Source of the DNA: a virus
Virus record (IMG/VR): IMGVR_UViG_3300028786_000007
Location: 1 to 64,000 of that record
Strand: one strand, 5' to 3'
Length of the DNA stretch: 64,000 bases
The number at the start of each line of letters is the position of its first letter. Positions within the stretch are counted from its first letter, which is position 1. Made by a program: the position numbers and the translations under genes. Positions 15,620-25,117 of the stretch are shown here, in pieces. Under the pieces are notes generated by a model that searched no databases, was not told the origin of the DNA, and was given only the letters and a program-made list of their open reading frames with translations.

Positions 15620-15872
15620 GCTAGCCCTCGCGCTTCTTCTCCTCGGCGCTGGGCCCAGTCATGCCCAGCGCCTCGACGGGCCGGAGATCGGCGTGGATTG
15701 CCAATATGGTCGCGGCGTACTGAAACTGTGCCAAGCCGGGTGCCGTGCCGAGTCTGATTCAGCGCGAACATGGCGACGGGTAAATAACGAAGAGCGCGTG
15801 CAGCGGTTGGCACACTGCCTAGATGAATGTTGGGGTATCCGTAAAGCCTTGGAAGAATGCCCCAAGAGGTGA
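15600..15872 (+). CDS. Small secreted Cys-rich protein
   Basis: Signal peptide LALALLLLGAGPSHA; six Cys. Confidence 0.55.
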   Translation: MTKSTNKLALALLLLGAGPSHAQRLDGPEIGVDCQYGRGVLKLCQAGCRAESDSARTWRRVNNEERVQRLAHCLDECWGIRKALEECPKR

Positions 15873-16789
15873 GCCCCGTGGCCCGCAATAAGCACGCTAT
15901 TGTAACGGAAGCGCACCTGCAGCGCTTCTTCGATTTCTCCCGTGAGCGTTACCACATTATGCTGCGGCGGCGGTTAGGGCAACCGGCCCCCTGGACCACC
16001 GACCCGGTGCTGGCCATGTGGCGGTTCTGCAACGTGTTCCGCGAGGACGACCGCACCACGACTTGGTTCCGGGAAAATATCCGCAACGAGCTGAGCATGG
16101 AACCGCGCGTGGTCATGGCCACGATCGCTTTCCGTGCCTTCAATCGCGTTGAGACCGGCGAGATTCTCAAGCCCTTCCTGCTCAACGAAGACTATAATTT
16201 CCCGGAATGGCGGCGACTGCTTACTGAACGCGCAGAAGCTAATTTCCCTGTGGTTACAGGGGCTTACATGATAAAAACAGCGCCGAAACTAAATAAAATA
16301 GACGGCGTGCTGTATCAGCTCAGTGAGGCCAAAATGCGCGAAGCCTCCATCATGGACTGGATCCGTAATAACGATTGGGGCTTCTGCACTCAGGAAAGCC
16401 TGTGGGAACTGCTCTGCACTTTCCCCTATATTGGTCAATTTACCGCCAATGAAGTGGTGGTCGACCTTACCCACACTCACATTCTCCGCGCCGCGCGAGA
16501 CCTGGATACCTGGACCAACCCCGGCCCAGGCTGCTCCCTGGGCATTGGCATGCTACTCCACGGCGATGGGCAGGTCTACCGCCGCCATGCTCAAGCAGAT
16601 CGTCGGGTAATGACTGGCATTATGACTGAGTTCCTGTATGCTTCCCGGGAGGAGCGCTATTGGCCGCAGGCTTGGCCCCGTTGGACGCTCCATACGGTGG
16701 AATGGGGTTTTTGTGAGCTGAGTAAGTACCTTCGCGGCCTAGCCGGACAAAAGCTCAAAAGGAAGTACCGTGCCTCGGAACTTGCGTAG
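15869..16789 (+). CDS. aGPT-Pplase1 family protein (5-hmdU DNA kinase family)
   Basis: ERYHI..RR..GQPAPWTTDPVL..WRFCNVFREDDRTT, TGAYMI, IGQFTANEVVVD, GPG, CELSKY; start could be 15857. Confidence 0.85.
   Translation: MSPVARNKHAIVTEAHLQRFFDFSRERYHIMLRRRLGQPAPWTTDPVLAMWRFCNVFREDDRTTTWFRENIRNELSMEPRVVMATIAFRAFNRVETGEILKPFLLNEDYNFPEWRRLLTERAEANFPVVTGAYMIKTAPKLNKIDGVLYQLSEAKMREASIMDWIRNNDWGFCTQESLWELLCTFPYIGQFTANEVVVDLTHTHILRAARDLDTWTNPGPGCSLGIGMLLHGDGQVYRRHAQADRRVMTGIMTEFLYASREERYWPQAWPRWTLHTVEWGFCELSKYLRGLAGQKLKRKYRASELA
16766..16774 (+). repeat. 9-bp direct repeat TACCGTGCC (left flank of the endonuclease gene)
   Basis: Identical to 17484-17492; contains the GTG start codon. Confidence 0.7.
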
Positions 16790-17513
16790 TGGGAAGGTCT
16801 ATTCCTACCTGCTCGTGCGCCCAAACGGCATTCCCTTCTATGCGGGCGTGGGCCGTTGTAGCCGATACAAGGCTAAGAAAGCGAATAAGTGGGCTGAGCG
16901 TATCCGCGCGAAGATTGAGCGTGAGGGTGGCCGAGTTCTCTATATAGTTTTTGACCAATCTTCTTGGGATGAAGCGTGTACTCATGAGAAGGAACTCATT
17001 GCAAAATATGGCCGCCAAGATCTAGGAACTGGCGTTCTGGTGAATGCTACGGATGGTGGGGAGGGTGTGCCCGGCCGTATCATGACCAAGGATCAGTTGG
17101 CACATTTGGGCAGTCAACAACGCGGTAAAAAGTGGGCACCCGATGACCCGCGTCGAGAGCTAATTTCTCGTCAATTCAAGGGACGTAAGCCCAATCACTC
17201 TCCTGAGCTAAAGCAACAACTTTCAGAAAGAATGAAGAAGTTCAATGAGGGCAACGCTGAGCGCAATAGGGCAAGAAAAGGCATCTCGCTAAGTGAGGAA
17301 CGACGGGCGCAGATTAAGGCCACAGCTGCAGCCCAACCCCCAATGAGCGAGGAACGCAAAGAAGCGTTTCGCCAGATGACCATCGCTCGTAATAGGGCAA
17401 ATAAAGGAAAGCCTCAAAGTGAGGAGCGTAAGGCTCAGTCACGAGAAACCCTTGCCCGAGCTCTTAAAATTCGATGGGAACGCTACCGTGCCAACAACCC
17501 TACCCATTCGTAA
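16770..17513 (+). CDS. GIY-YIG-like homing endonuclease with NUMOD3-type repeats
   Basis: YSYLLVRPNGIPFYAGVG..R..E.ELIAKYGR.DLGTG.LVNATDGGEG; repeated SEERK/SEERR motifs. Confidence 0.85.
   Translation: MPRNLRSGKVYSYLLVRPNGIPFYAGVGRCSRYKAKKANKWAERIRAKIEREGGRVLYIVFDQSSWDEACTHEKELIAKYGRQDLGTGVLVNATDGGEGVPGRIMTKDQLAHLGSQQRGKKWAPDDPRRELISRQFKGRKPNHSPELKQQLSERMKKFNEGNAERNRARKGISLSEERRAQIKATAAAQPPMSEERKEAFRQMTIARNRANKGKPQSEERKAQSRETLARALKIRWERYRANNPTHS
17484..17492 (+). repeat. 9-bp direct repeat TACCGTGCC (right flank)
   Basis: Identical to 16766-16774; contains the likely GTG start of the hydroxymethylase. Confidence 0.7.
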
Positions 17514-18570
17514 CGTACACGCAGCTCTGCCTGCCTTTCTACTCACCCTCCTCGAAACTAGCATCTCTGAAGAAAGCCGCAACGGCCCCGTTTTCGTGTA
17601 CCCATACCCGCTGACGACTCTCTATGAGCGTCCTTGGGAACGAGTGATATTTTGGGAAGAGCGGGACGCTAACCCATTTTTTCACTTCCAGGAATCACTT
17701 TGGATGCTAGCCGGGAGGAATGATGTTGATTTTCCAGCGCATTACGCGAAGCAGCTACGCACTTATAGTGACGACGGTAAGACTTTGCATGGAGCTTATG
17801 GCCATAGGTGGCGCCATCATTTTGCTGACAAAGACCAGCTCTCCTGGGCTATTAGCCGGCTTAGGGACAATCCGTCCGACCGACGCACCGTAATCTCAAT
17901 GTGGGATCCAATCATTGATGCTGATATGGCGGACAAGGGTGGGAAAGATACTCCCTGCAATACGCAGATCTATCTTAACGTGCGTGACGGCCATTTGTGT
18001 ATGCAAGTGAATTGTCGATCGAACGATGCGTTGCTCGGCGCGTTCGGAGCCAACGCAGTGCACATGGCCTTTTTGCATGAATATCTTGCGGCCCATATCG
18101 GAGTTCCGATGGGCTGGTATGCTCAAAACAGCTTCAACATCCATGTCTACGAAGGTTTCTATAAGACGGTCATGAATGACCGCAAGGCTAGGGTCGAACA
18201 GCAGAGCCTGCGGTTCGCTATGACGCAGCCTGGAGAGCATCGCTGGAACCCGTACAGCGATTTACCCGGCCTGCAGCTCCACTCTCTCGTCAATTCCCCC
18301 CAAGCTACTTGGGATTCGGAGTTAGCCATTTTCCTGGCGGGCGGTTCCAGTAAGGCTGATGGCCTAGACGACCCATTTTTCACCAAAGTCGCTGTTCCAA
18401 TTAGGGACGCCCACGCAGCATACCGCAAGAGAGATCATGACCTCGCCAACGAAGTTATCTCCAAATGTGCAGCCGCCGACTGGCGCAGAGGATGCACCGA
18501 CTGGCTCACCCGACGTGCAGAGCAACGCAATACTCCGAAGCATGCTGAGCCGGATAGCGCTCACCCGTAA
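17488..18570 (+). CDS. Thymidylate-synthase-fold dUMP hydroxymethyltransferase
   Basis: SRNG, NPFFH..E.LW.LAGRND, YSDDG..HGAYG.RWR, PCN catalytic Cys, RSND..G...N (Asn indicates dUMP specificity), HVY. Confidence 0.85.
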   Translation: MPTTLPIRNVHAALPAFLLTLLETSISEESRNGPVFVYPYPLTTLYERPWERVIFWEERDANPFFHFQESLWMLAGRNDVDFPAHYAKQLRTYSDDGKTLHGAYGHRWRHHFADKDQLSWAISRLRDNPSDRRTVISMWDPIIDADMADKGGKDTPCNTQIYLNVRDGHLCMQVNCRSNDALLGAFGANAVHMAFLHEYLAAHIGVPMGWYAQNSFNIHVYEGFYKTVMNDRKARVEQQSLRFAMTQPGEHRWNPYSDLPGLQLHSLVNSPQATWDSELAIFLAGGSSKADGLDDPFFTKVAVPIRDAHAAYRKRDHDLANEVISKCAAADWRRGCTDWLTRRAEQRNTPKHAEPDSAHP

Positions 18571-19084
18571 TGGTGGCCACGTCAAGCGCTGGCACACCAA
18601 GCAGATTATCGGCGAACAGACGGTCGGACACCACTCCTTTGGGGTGGTGTCGCTACTTCTGATCCTGCACCCCAACCCGAGCCTCGATTTGCTGAGGGCA
18701 GCGATGTGGCACGATATGGCGGAGCAGGTCACCGGTGACGTGCCCAGCCCTATCCTGCGTTCCGAGCATGAATTCGGCACCTGCCACGACAAGATCGAGG
18801 CGGAGTTCATGCGCAATAAGCTCTTCGTGCGCATGGACCACCTCCCCTTCAACGACCACAGTTGGCTCTGGGCTTGCGATAAGCTGGAGTGTTTATTGTT
18901 CTGCCGGGAGCAAGTTGCGCTTGGTAATAAGGGTTTTGAAAATATCTGCGGATTACTTACCGAGTGGTTTCTGAAAACTGACGCAGTACCTGGGCCAGTA
19001 ATGGCCATTGTCTATAAGCTTAGCCAAAGTTATTGCGGCTATTCTTTGGAGGATGTGCTTGAAGTTATGGGGACATCAACTTGA
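18542..19084 (+). CDS. HD-domain 5'-deoxynucleotidase (YfbR-like)
   Basis: VKRWH, QTVGHHS, HDMAE..TGDVPSP, CDKLE. Confidence 0.85.
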   Translation: MLSRIALTRNGGHVKRWHTKQIIGEQTVGHHSFGVVSLLLILHPNPSLDLLRAAMWHDMAEQVTGDVPSPILRSEHEFGTCHDKIEAEFMRNKLFVRMDHLPFNDHSWLWACDKLECLLFCREQVALGNKGFENICGLLTEWFLKTDAVPGPVMAIVYKLSQSYCGYSLEDVLEVMGTST

Positions 19085-19500
19085 CTGACTTTCACGAAAA
19101 ACATCCCCAGGTCGGCGGAAATCATTACGCCAAAGGCGGAGACCTTCAGCATTGGGACCTGATTGAGCGCGGAAGCATCGGCTACCTGGAAGGCTGCGCC
19201 ACGAAGTATATTGCACGGTGGCGCGACAAGGGGGGGCTGCAAGACCTCAAGAAGGCCAAGCATTACGTAGAGAAGTTGATTGACATGCGGTCCAAGGCCG
19301 GCCGCATGGCGCGCGGTGAGGCTCTGCCAGAGGATCTGGAGCGCTTTTTTGCTACTTATGGGATGGGTGATATGGAGCGCGAGGTTATTCGGAAGCTGTG
19401 CTCCAATTGGAGCCGGGTGGATCTGTTCTGGGTGCTTGGTGCACTCGAAGTGATTATTGACAAGGAAGAAAATGGCCCTCAGCAAAGCCCAGCAACTTAA
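19081..19500 (+). CDS. DUF3310 (T7 gp1.7-like nucleotide kinase) domain protein
   Basis: QVGGNHY..G...KYIARWRDKGGLQDLKKA.HY. Confidence 0.85.
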   Translation: MTDFHEKHPQVGGNHYAKGGDLQHWDLIERGSIGYLEGCATKYIARWRDKGGLQDLKKAKHYVEKLIDMRSKAGRMARGEALPEDLERFFATYGMGDMEREVIRKLCSNWSRVDLFWVLGALEVIIDKEENGPQQSPAT

Positions 19501-21463
19501 GAAGGGCTCCACCCTTCAATTGAGCCTTTTCGCGCCGGAGAGTGTTTGGTCACCTCCGGCGCTCAGCATGCTCCCTAGCTGGAAAGGGGCGAAGCGTGTA
19601 GCGGTCGACGTAGAGACGAAGGATCCGGACCTGCGGGAGCTCGGGCCGGGCGTGCGCCGGCCGAGCACCTCCCATATCGCCGGTTACAGTTTCGCGATCG
19701 ACGATGGCCCGGCCTATTACATGCCGGTGGCGCACCTCGGCGGCGATAACGTCGACAACCCGGATCAGGCCTGGCAATACCTCGCCGACCAAGCCAAGGA
19801 CTTTGACGGGGAGATTGTCGGTCAAAACCTCGGCTATGACCTGGATTGGCTGGCGGAGGCGCGGCGCGGTAAGCCGGCGATCGTGTTCCGGCGGGCGCGG
19901 GCGTTCCGCGATACGATGGTCGCCGCGGCGCTGATCTATGAGCTGCACATGAGCTATAGCCTCGGTGCGATTGCTGAGCGCTACGGTATGCCCGGCAAAA
20001 ATGAGGAGCTTCTTCGGCAGGCCGCCGCGGAGTTTAACGTAGACCCCAAGGGCGGTCTCTGGCGGCTCCCAGCGCGTTACGTGGGGCCTTACGGCGAGGG
20101 CGATGCCCACTTGCCCCTGCGCATCCTCGAGCGCCAGGAGAAGGAGATCGCTGAGCAGGATTTGGGCCGGATTTGGGATATTGAATCGGCGTTGCTGCCG
20201 GTGCTGGTCAAGATGCGCCGCCGCGGCGTGCGGATCGACTTCGACCGGCTGGCCCGTATCGAGGACTGGACCCTCCAGGAGGAGCGCAAAGCCCTGGACA
20301 TCGTCCGGTTTGAAACCGGCTACATGATTGAGGTGGGCGACGTTTGGAAGCCTACCGCGCTGGCTCCGGCCCTGGAAGCGGTCGGCATCAGTGTGGGGCG
20401 CACGGCCAAGACCGCTTCGCCGCAGATCGATAAGGCGCTGCTCTCCAGTTCGGACCACCCGGTCTTGAACGCTATCGCCTGGGCGCGCAAGGTCAATAAG
20501 CTCCGCACCACCTTTGCCCAGTCGGTGCGCACCCATGCCGTCAACGGCCGTATCCACACCACCTTGAACCAGCTCTTCGGCGAACGGGAGGACGGCGGGC
20601 TGCGCGGCGCGCGGTTCGGGCGCATGAGCTGTGAGAACCCGAATTTGCAGCAGCAACCTTCCCGGGATGAGTTCGCCCAAGAGTGGCGCGCCATCTACAT
20701 CCCGGAAGAGGGTATGCAGTGGGGCTGCATGGACTTTTCGCAGCAGGAGCCGCGGTGGTGCGCGCACTTCGCCAATGCGATGAAGCTGGAAGGCGCGGCG
20801 GCGATGGTCGCGCGCTTCAACGAAGACCTCAAGACCGACGTTTATGACCTCGTCGCCTCCATTACCGGCCTGAAGCGCAAGGAAGCCAAGATCGTGTATC
20901 TTGGCATTATGTATGGTGAGGGCGGCTACAAGCTCTGCATGGACCTCGGTTACGAGACCGCGGTCAAGGTGGTGCTGAAGGGCAAGTGGTCCGCGGAGAA
21001 CTCCCAGGAGGGCTATGACGCGCTCCGCGGCGGCGGCCGGAAAGTACAGGCGGCTGGCCCGGAAGGACAAGCGGTTATCGATCAGTTCGACAACAACGCG
21101 CCATTTGTGCGGAAATTGAGCAAAGCCTGCTCGACTGTTGCCGAGCAACGTGGCTACATCAAGACTATTCTCGGCCGGCGTTGCCGCTTTCCGAAGGACG
21201 ACCACGGCAATTACGACTGGAGTTACAAGGCACTCAATAGGCTCATCCAAGGTAGCTCAGGAGACCAAGTTAAAGCTGCAATGGTAGAGGTGGATAAGGC
21301 CGGTCACCATTTACAACTCCAGGTACATGATGAGTTGGATGGCTCAATCAAAGACCGTGCTGAGGGTGAGGCCATGGCTGAGATCATGCAGAACGTCGTC
21401 CAGATGAGCGTGCCGTTCCGAGTTGATGTAGAGGTTGGCCCTAACTGGGGTGAGATTAAATGA
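19472..21463 (+). CDS. polA: Family A DNA polymerase with 3'-5' exonuclease
   Basis: DVET, N.GYD (exonuclease); GRMSCENPNLQQ, DFSQQEPR, RKEAK...LG.MYG, LNRLIQGS, QVHDE. Confidence 0.95.
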   Translation: MALSKAQQLKKGSTLQLSLFAPESVWSPPALSMLPSWKGAKRVAVDVETKDPDLRELGPGVRRPSTSHIAGYSFAIDDGPAYYMPVAHLGGDNVDNPDQAWQYLADQAKDFDGEIVGQNLGYDLDWLAEARRGKPAIVFRRARAFRDTMVAAALIYELHMSYSLGAIAERYGMPGKNEELLRQAAAEFNVDPKGGLWRLPARYVGPYGEGDAHLPLRILERQEKEIAEQDLGRIWDIESALLPVLVKMRRRGVRIDFDRLARIEDWTLQEERKALDIVRFETGYMIEVGDVWKPTALAPALEAVGISVGRTAKTASPQIDKALLSSSDHPVLNAIAWARKVNKLRTTFAQSVRTHAVNGRIHTTLNQLFGEREDGGLRGARFGRMSCENPNLQQQPSRDEFAQEWRAIYIPEEGMQWGCMDFSQQEPRWCAHFANAMKLEGAAAMVARFNEDLKTDVYDLVASITGLKRKEAKIVYLGIMYGEGGYKLCMDLGYETAVKVVLKGKWSAENSQEGYDALRGGGRKVQAAGPEGQAVIDQFDNNAPFVRKLSKACSTVAEQRGYIKTILGRRCRFPKDDHGNYDWSYKALNRLIQGSSGDQVKAAMVEVDKAGHHLQLQVHDELDGSIKDRAEGEAMAEIMQNVVQMSVPFRVDVEVGPNWGEIK

Positions 21464-22020
21464 ACTTTCTTGACATCAAGCCCCTACCCCCAACGCCCGA
21501 AGAGATGGCCCGCCAACGGAAGTGGGACTTCCGCATGCTGTCTATGGCGCGGCTGGTTTCTATGTGGTCACAAGATCCCTCAACGCGCGTGGGAGCGGTG
21601 ATTACCCGGCGCGACCACACGGTACTCTCATTGGGCTATAACGGTTTTCCGCGCGGGTGTAGCGACGCTCCGGAGCTTTACGAGGACCGGGAACGGAAGT
21701 ATGCGCGCGTCGTTCACGCTGAGCTCAATGCCATACTCGCCGCGGCGGAACGGCCGATAGGGTGCACGCTTTACGTCTGGCCGCCCGCGCTACGGCCGGG
21801 CACATGCGCAAATTGCGCTTCAGCGATTATCCAGTCTGGCATTTCGCGCGTCGTAAGCGTGGAGTCAAATGCCATCGGGTTTAACGAACGGTGGGAGAAG
21901 TCTTACCGGGAGGCGGCTCAGATGTACGCAGAAGCGCTTATCCCCTTTGACAGTTACCCATTAGCGGAGTTCGAAGAGTGGATGAAGGCAATGTCCGCAC
22001 CACCGTTCTCAGCGCCCTGA
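21460..22020 (+). CDS. dCMP deaminase
   Basis: SQDPSTRVGAVI, GYNGFPRG, HAELNAI, CANC. Confidence 0.93.
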   Translation: MNFLDIKPLPPTPEEMARQRKWDFRMLSMARLVSMWSQDPSTRVGAVITRRDHTVLSLGYNGFPRGCSDAPELYEDRERKYARVVHAELNAILAAAERPIGCTLYVWPPALRPGTCANCASAIIQSGISRVVSVESNAIGFNERWEKSYREAAQMYAEALIPFDSYPLAEFEEWMKAMSAPPFSAP

Positions 22021-22481
22021 GGCCGTTGCACGCCATTTATGTTGAGAACGGCGCGAAGGCTGGGACCGGTGACGTTAATTACATAGAAGGTTGGCTCGAA
22101 TTAAAATGGTTGCACAATTGGCCGAAACGCCCAAAGACGCCGATAAAACTGCCCGAATTCACGCCCCAACAGCGGCTCTTCCTGATCGAGCGATGTCGCA
22201 TGAACGGTCAGGCACGCGTGCTGCTAAGGGTGGGCAGGGAGTGGATCCTGCTGCCGGGGATGTGGTCGGCCTTCAGGCTCGGAAAGACCTCGACGCGCGC
22301 CGACATTCTGGCAGCAGCGGAAAAGCATTGGTTGGCAAATTTAAGCAGATCCGAGCTCGTCAGTTACCTTCGCGACCCACCTCCGGTGAACTCCGATTGG
22401 TCGAGCTTTCTAAAGGAGAGCGGCTACACATTTCCCGGCTTAGAAAGGGCGTCGATCAACACGTTGCTGCAGCTGCCTTAG
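21978..22481 (+). CDS. PD-(D/E)xK nuclease (VRR-NUC / Holliday-junction resolvase-like)
   Basis: E..V, VEN...GTGD, WLELK, PQQRLF. Confidence 0.7.
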   Translation: MDEGNVRTTVLSALRPLHAIYVENGAKAGTGDVNYIEGWLELKWLHNWPKRPKTPIKLPEFTPQQRLFLIERCRMNGQARVLLRVGREWILLPGMWSAFRLGKTSTRADILAAAEKHWLANLSRSELVSYLRDPPPVNSDWSSFLKESGYTFPGLERASINTLLQLP

Positions 22482-22699
22482 GCGTCACTCGTTCCCGTTA
22501 CCAGGATATGGAGAAAGAGGACGGCGAGTTCCGCAAGATGCGTCTTACGGTGAACGAGTGGTGCCGCGTCATGCGGTGGCGCGCACGTAAGTCGCAACGA
22601 GTTGTCGCCGCGGAGATGGGAATGACCCGTAACTGGATCAATCGCATTGAATGCGGCTTGGAAAAAGCTGATTCACTTCTTTGGTATTGGGAACATTGA
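22397..22699 (+). CDS. Tandem XRE-type HTH protein (start uncertain)
   Basis: Two HTH-like units: RLRKGVDQHVAAAALGVTRSRYQDME and RARKSQRVVAAEMGMTRNWINRIECG. Confidence 0.65.
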   Translation: MVELSKGERLHISRLRKGVDQHVAAAALGVTRSRYQDMEKEDGEFRKMRLTVNEWCRVMRWRARKSQRVVAAEMGMTRNWINRIECGLEKADSLLWYWEH

Positions 22700-23226
22700 T
22701 GACTGAGACGCCGGAAACAATATTGGATTGGTCACTGAAGACGTTTGGATTGCATTCAGTACTTTCTGTGGCGACGCGGGCGAGCAAGGAAGTCAATGAA
22801 CTTGTCTGCGCCGTCCTTAACGACGCACCGCTTGCAGCAATCCACGAGGAGATTGCTGACTGCGCCATTATGATGTGGCAAGTTGCGGGACTCAAGAATC
22901 TTGATCATCGGCCGGCTCTTCGTCAAATGACTAATCCGGAAGAGGTCAATAAGGGCATTGCAGCGCTGATGATTCAACGGCGCTTTACGTCTGTGTTGGA
23001 TGAGTTGGTCAAGGCTCAAAATCCCAGCAAATTTCCTGAATTGGCGCAGGCGCACTCCATGGGTATTTTGCGCGATTCGCTGATTTGCCTGGAGTTCCTC
23101 GCTTGGGCCTATGGCATAGACTTACAGGAGCATGTTGATGGTAAAATGGTAATCAACCGCAGCCGTAGTTGGGAAAAACTGCAAAATGGTGGTTACCAAC
23201 ATGTTGCCGCTGCTGTAGTTGCCTAA
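22699..23226 (+). CDS. MazG-like / DUF550-type (d)NTP pyrophosphohydrolase
   Basis: W...TFG, KEVNEL, EEIADCAI, KMVINRSRSW. Confidence 0.7.
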   Translation: MTETPETILDWSLKTFGLHSVLSVATRASKEVNELVCAVLNDAPLAAIHEEIADCAIMMWQVAGLKNLDHRPALRQMTNPEEVNKGIAALMIQRRFTSVLDELVKAQNPSKFPELAQAHSMGILRDSLICLEFLAWAYGIDLQEHVDGKMVINRSRSWEKLQNGGYQHVAAAVVA

Positions 23227-23334
23227 CAGCAACTAATTCCCTACGAAGAGAAAATCAACTTGCTCCAGCACAGTGAGAAATTGTGCTGGGAGGCTACACT
23301 GTGCACCCTAACAAACACGGGGGACGCACAGAAA

Positions 23335-23688
23335 ATGGCAACAGATCTCCATAAAAGCTCGGAAAATCCATTGCGCACGGCGATGGATCGTGCGGGGGAC
23401 ATCGCCGGCCGGGCGCTGGGCCGCGGCCGTAATGGCGAAGAGCCTTATGAATTGACGGAGATGGCTGATGATCGCCGGCCCATGGGTCGGGTGGCAGCTA
23501 AATTGGAAGTCCTCAGCTACATCGACGCCATCTTTACTCGCCGCACGCCGACGGACGGCACCATTGTTGCGGTAAGTCGGGAACGGCTGATCGAAGATCT
23601 CACCGACATTTTCATGAAATTGGACAATACGCTGTTGGAAGCTTCTCCGCAGAAAAAACCTAATATTCCGGAGGGTCAGCGCTCTTAG
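23335..23688 (+). CDS. Hypothetical protein
   Basis: ORF with upstream GGGGGA. Confidence 0.55.
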   Translation: MATDLHKSSENPLRTAMDRAGDIAGRALGRGRNGEEPYELTEMADDRRPMGRVAAKLEVLSYIDAIFTRRTPTDGTIVAVSRERLIEDLTDIFMKLDNTLLEASPQKKPNIPEGQRS

Positions 23689-23770
23689 GCCAGAGCGCGA
23701 CCAACTTGAATTAGGGTAGAGTGGCGTGCTAAAGAAGTTCTTCTAGATCAATCCCCTATGGAGTTACTGG

Positions 23771-24082
23771 ATGGCACGTTCCCTCTCTGAAATTCTCGGC
23801 GAGATCGACGCCGGTGCGTTGCTTGAGCAAGCTTCGGAAAAGCTTGCTGAAGTGGTCCGCAATGTTCAAGAAGTCGAAAAGCCGGGCACCTTTACTCTGA
23901 CGTTCTCCATCAAGCCCAACGGCTCCAACAAGGTTTTTGTTGACGCCAAGGTGACGGCGAAGTCCCCGGAGCGTGCGGTGGAGACGTCAATGTTCTTCGC
24001 CCGGCCGAACGGCGACCTGACTCGTCAGTCGCCCAAGCAGGAAGAAGTCGCAGCCGGTCCACGCATCGCCGTGGCCAACTAA
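23771..24082 (+). CDS. Conserved phage protein usually paired with DUF2303
   Basis: KLAEVV..V....KPG..TL...IKP..MFF....G.L.R; RBS GGAG. Confidence 0.75.
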   Translation: MARSLSEILGEIDAGALLEQASEKLAEVVRNVQEVEKPGTFTLTFSIKPNGSNKVFVDAKVTAKSPERAVETSMFFARPNGDLTRQSPKQEEVAAGPRIAVAN

Positions 24083-24124
24083 GCTTTCTCCCGCACCTAC
24101 TCTCTTGTAATTTAAGGACATTCC

Positions 24125-24964
24125 ATGACTTATGGTAATGACGAAGCGCATGCCGCGCTGAGCTCCGGCTTGCCCGGCCTCGTGGGCAAGATCGAAGCTC
24201 TTTCCGCGGCGGGTTTCGACCTCAAGAATCACCCGAACGGCTCCAGCCGGGTCGCCGTCCTTCCGGATGGTTACTCGCTGCACGAACTGACCGCCAAGGA
24301 ACCGGAGGTGATCAAGGCGACGCCGTCCTTCGATATGCTGGACAGCTTCCACGATTACGTCAACGCTTTCAAGACCAACCAGACGCTCATCTTCGGCTCG
24401 CAGTCGCAGGCCATACTGACCGCCGTGATGGATTACCACACCCCCACCACGGTCGGCAAGCTGGCCCATATCGCCAAGCTCAACCTGAAACATTCTCAGG
24501 CTTGGAAGGACTGGAATGCCATCAACGGCCGGCAGCTGGGTCAGGTCGACTTCGCTGAGTTCCTCGAGGAGCACGTCGACGACATTTTCACCCCGGACGC
24601 CGCAACATTGCTGGAGCTGGTGGAGAACTTCACCGAGAAGCGCACTATCGAGTTCCAGTCGAACGTCAAGCGCTCCAACGGCAATATCGTGCTGAGCTAC
24701 AAGGACACCGATGACAACTCCAGCGGCTCGACGAAGCTGCCAGAGCAGCTGACGTTGTCCTTGCCAGTCTACGAGGGCGAGGTTCCATTGCCCGTCAGGG
24801 CTTTCCTCCGTGCCAGTACCAAGGGCGGTGAGCTGAAAATCTTGGTGAAGCTGCAAGGCCTGCCCAAGATCCTGGCGGACGCTTTTGGGCTGATTTGCGC
24901 GAGCGTTGAGCAGACGACGACGCTTAAGGTCGCTCACGGCACCTACAGCAACCGCAGCTACTAA
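24125..24964 (+). CDS. DUF2303 (YfdQ-like) protein
   Basis: SF.DYVN, AVMDYH, W..W, Q.DFAEFLEE, LP......PVYEG. Confidence 0.85.
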   Translation: MTYGNDEAHAALSSGLPGLVGKIEALSAAGFDLKNHPNGSSRVAVLPDGYSLHELTAKEPEVIKATPSFDMLDSFHDYVNAFKTNQTLIFGSQSQAILTAVMDYHTPTTVGKLAHIAKLNLKHSQAWKDWNAINGRQLGQVDFAEFLEEHVDDIFTPDAATLLELVENFTEKRTIEFQSNVKRSNGNIVLSYKDTDDNSSGSTKLPEQLTLSLPVYEGEVPLPVRAFLRASTKGGELKILVKLQGLPKILADAFGLICASVEQTTTLKVAHGTYSNRSY

Positions 24965-25117
24965 TATCTGCACAGCTCGTCGTGCCGAGCTGGCCTAAAC
25001 TATGAACTGGGACCCCTGGGTGAGATACGGGCTCACAAGCGAAACCTTTATTATCCTTCCAAGCCGATGTTATCAGCACTCGGGGGCTCCCACTTTCCTC
25101 TCAAGGATTTCACAAAT

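Noticed and set aside
11056-17513. Group I introns around the two endonuclease genes
   Set aside because: Flanking genes are intact and overlap the endonuclease ORFs directly, leaving no room for intron core structure.
19550-21250. Long antisense ORFs (566 aa here; also 2218-2952, 23987-24973, 26784-27734, 56902-58350)
   Set aside because: Shadows of well-supported genes on the opposite strand, expected with GC-rich codon bias; no motifs.
18542-23226. 2-aminoadenine (Z-genome) or 7-deazaguanine system suggested by HD and DUF550/MazG-like genes
   Set aside because: No PurZ, DpdA, QueC/D/E or FolE recognised in the window; the hydroxymethylase and aGPT genes explain these hydrolases better.
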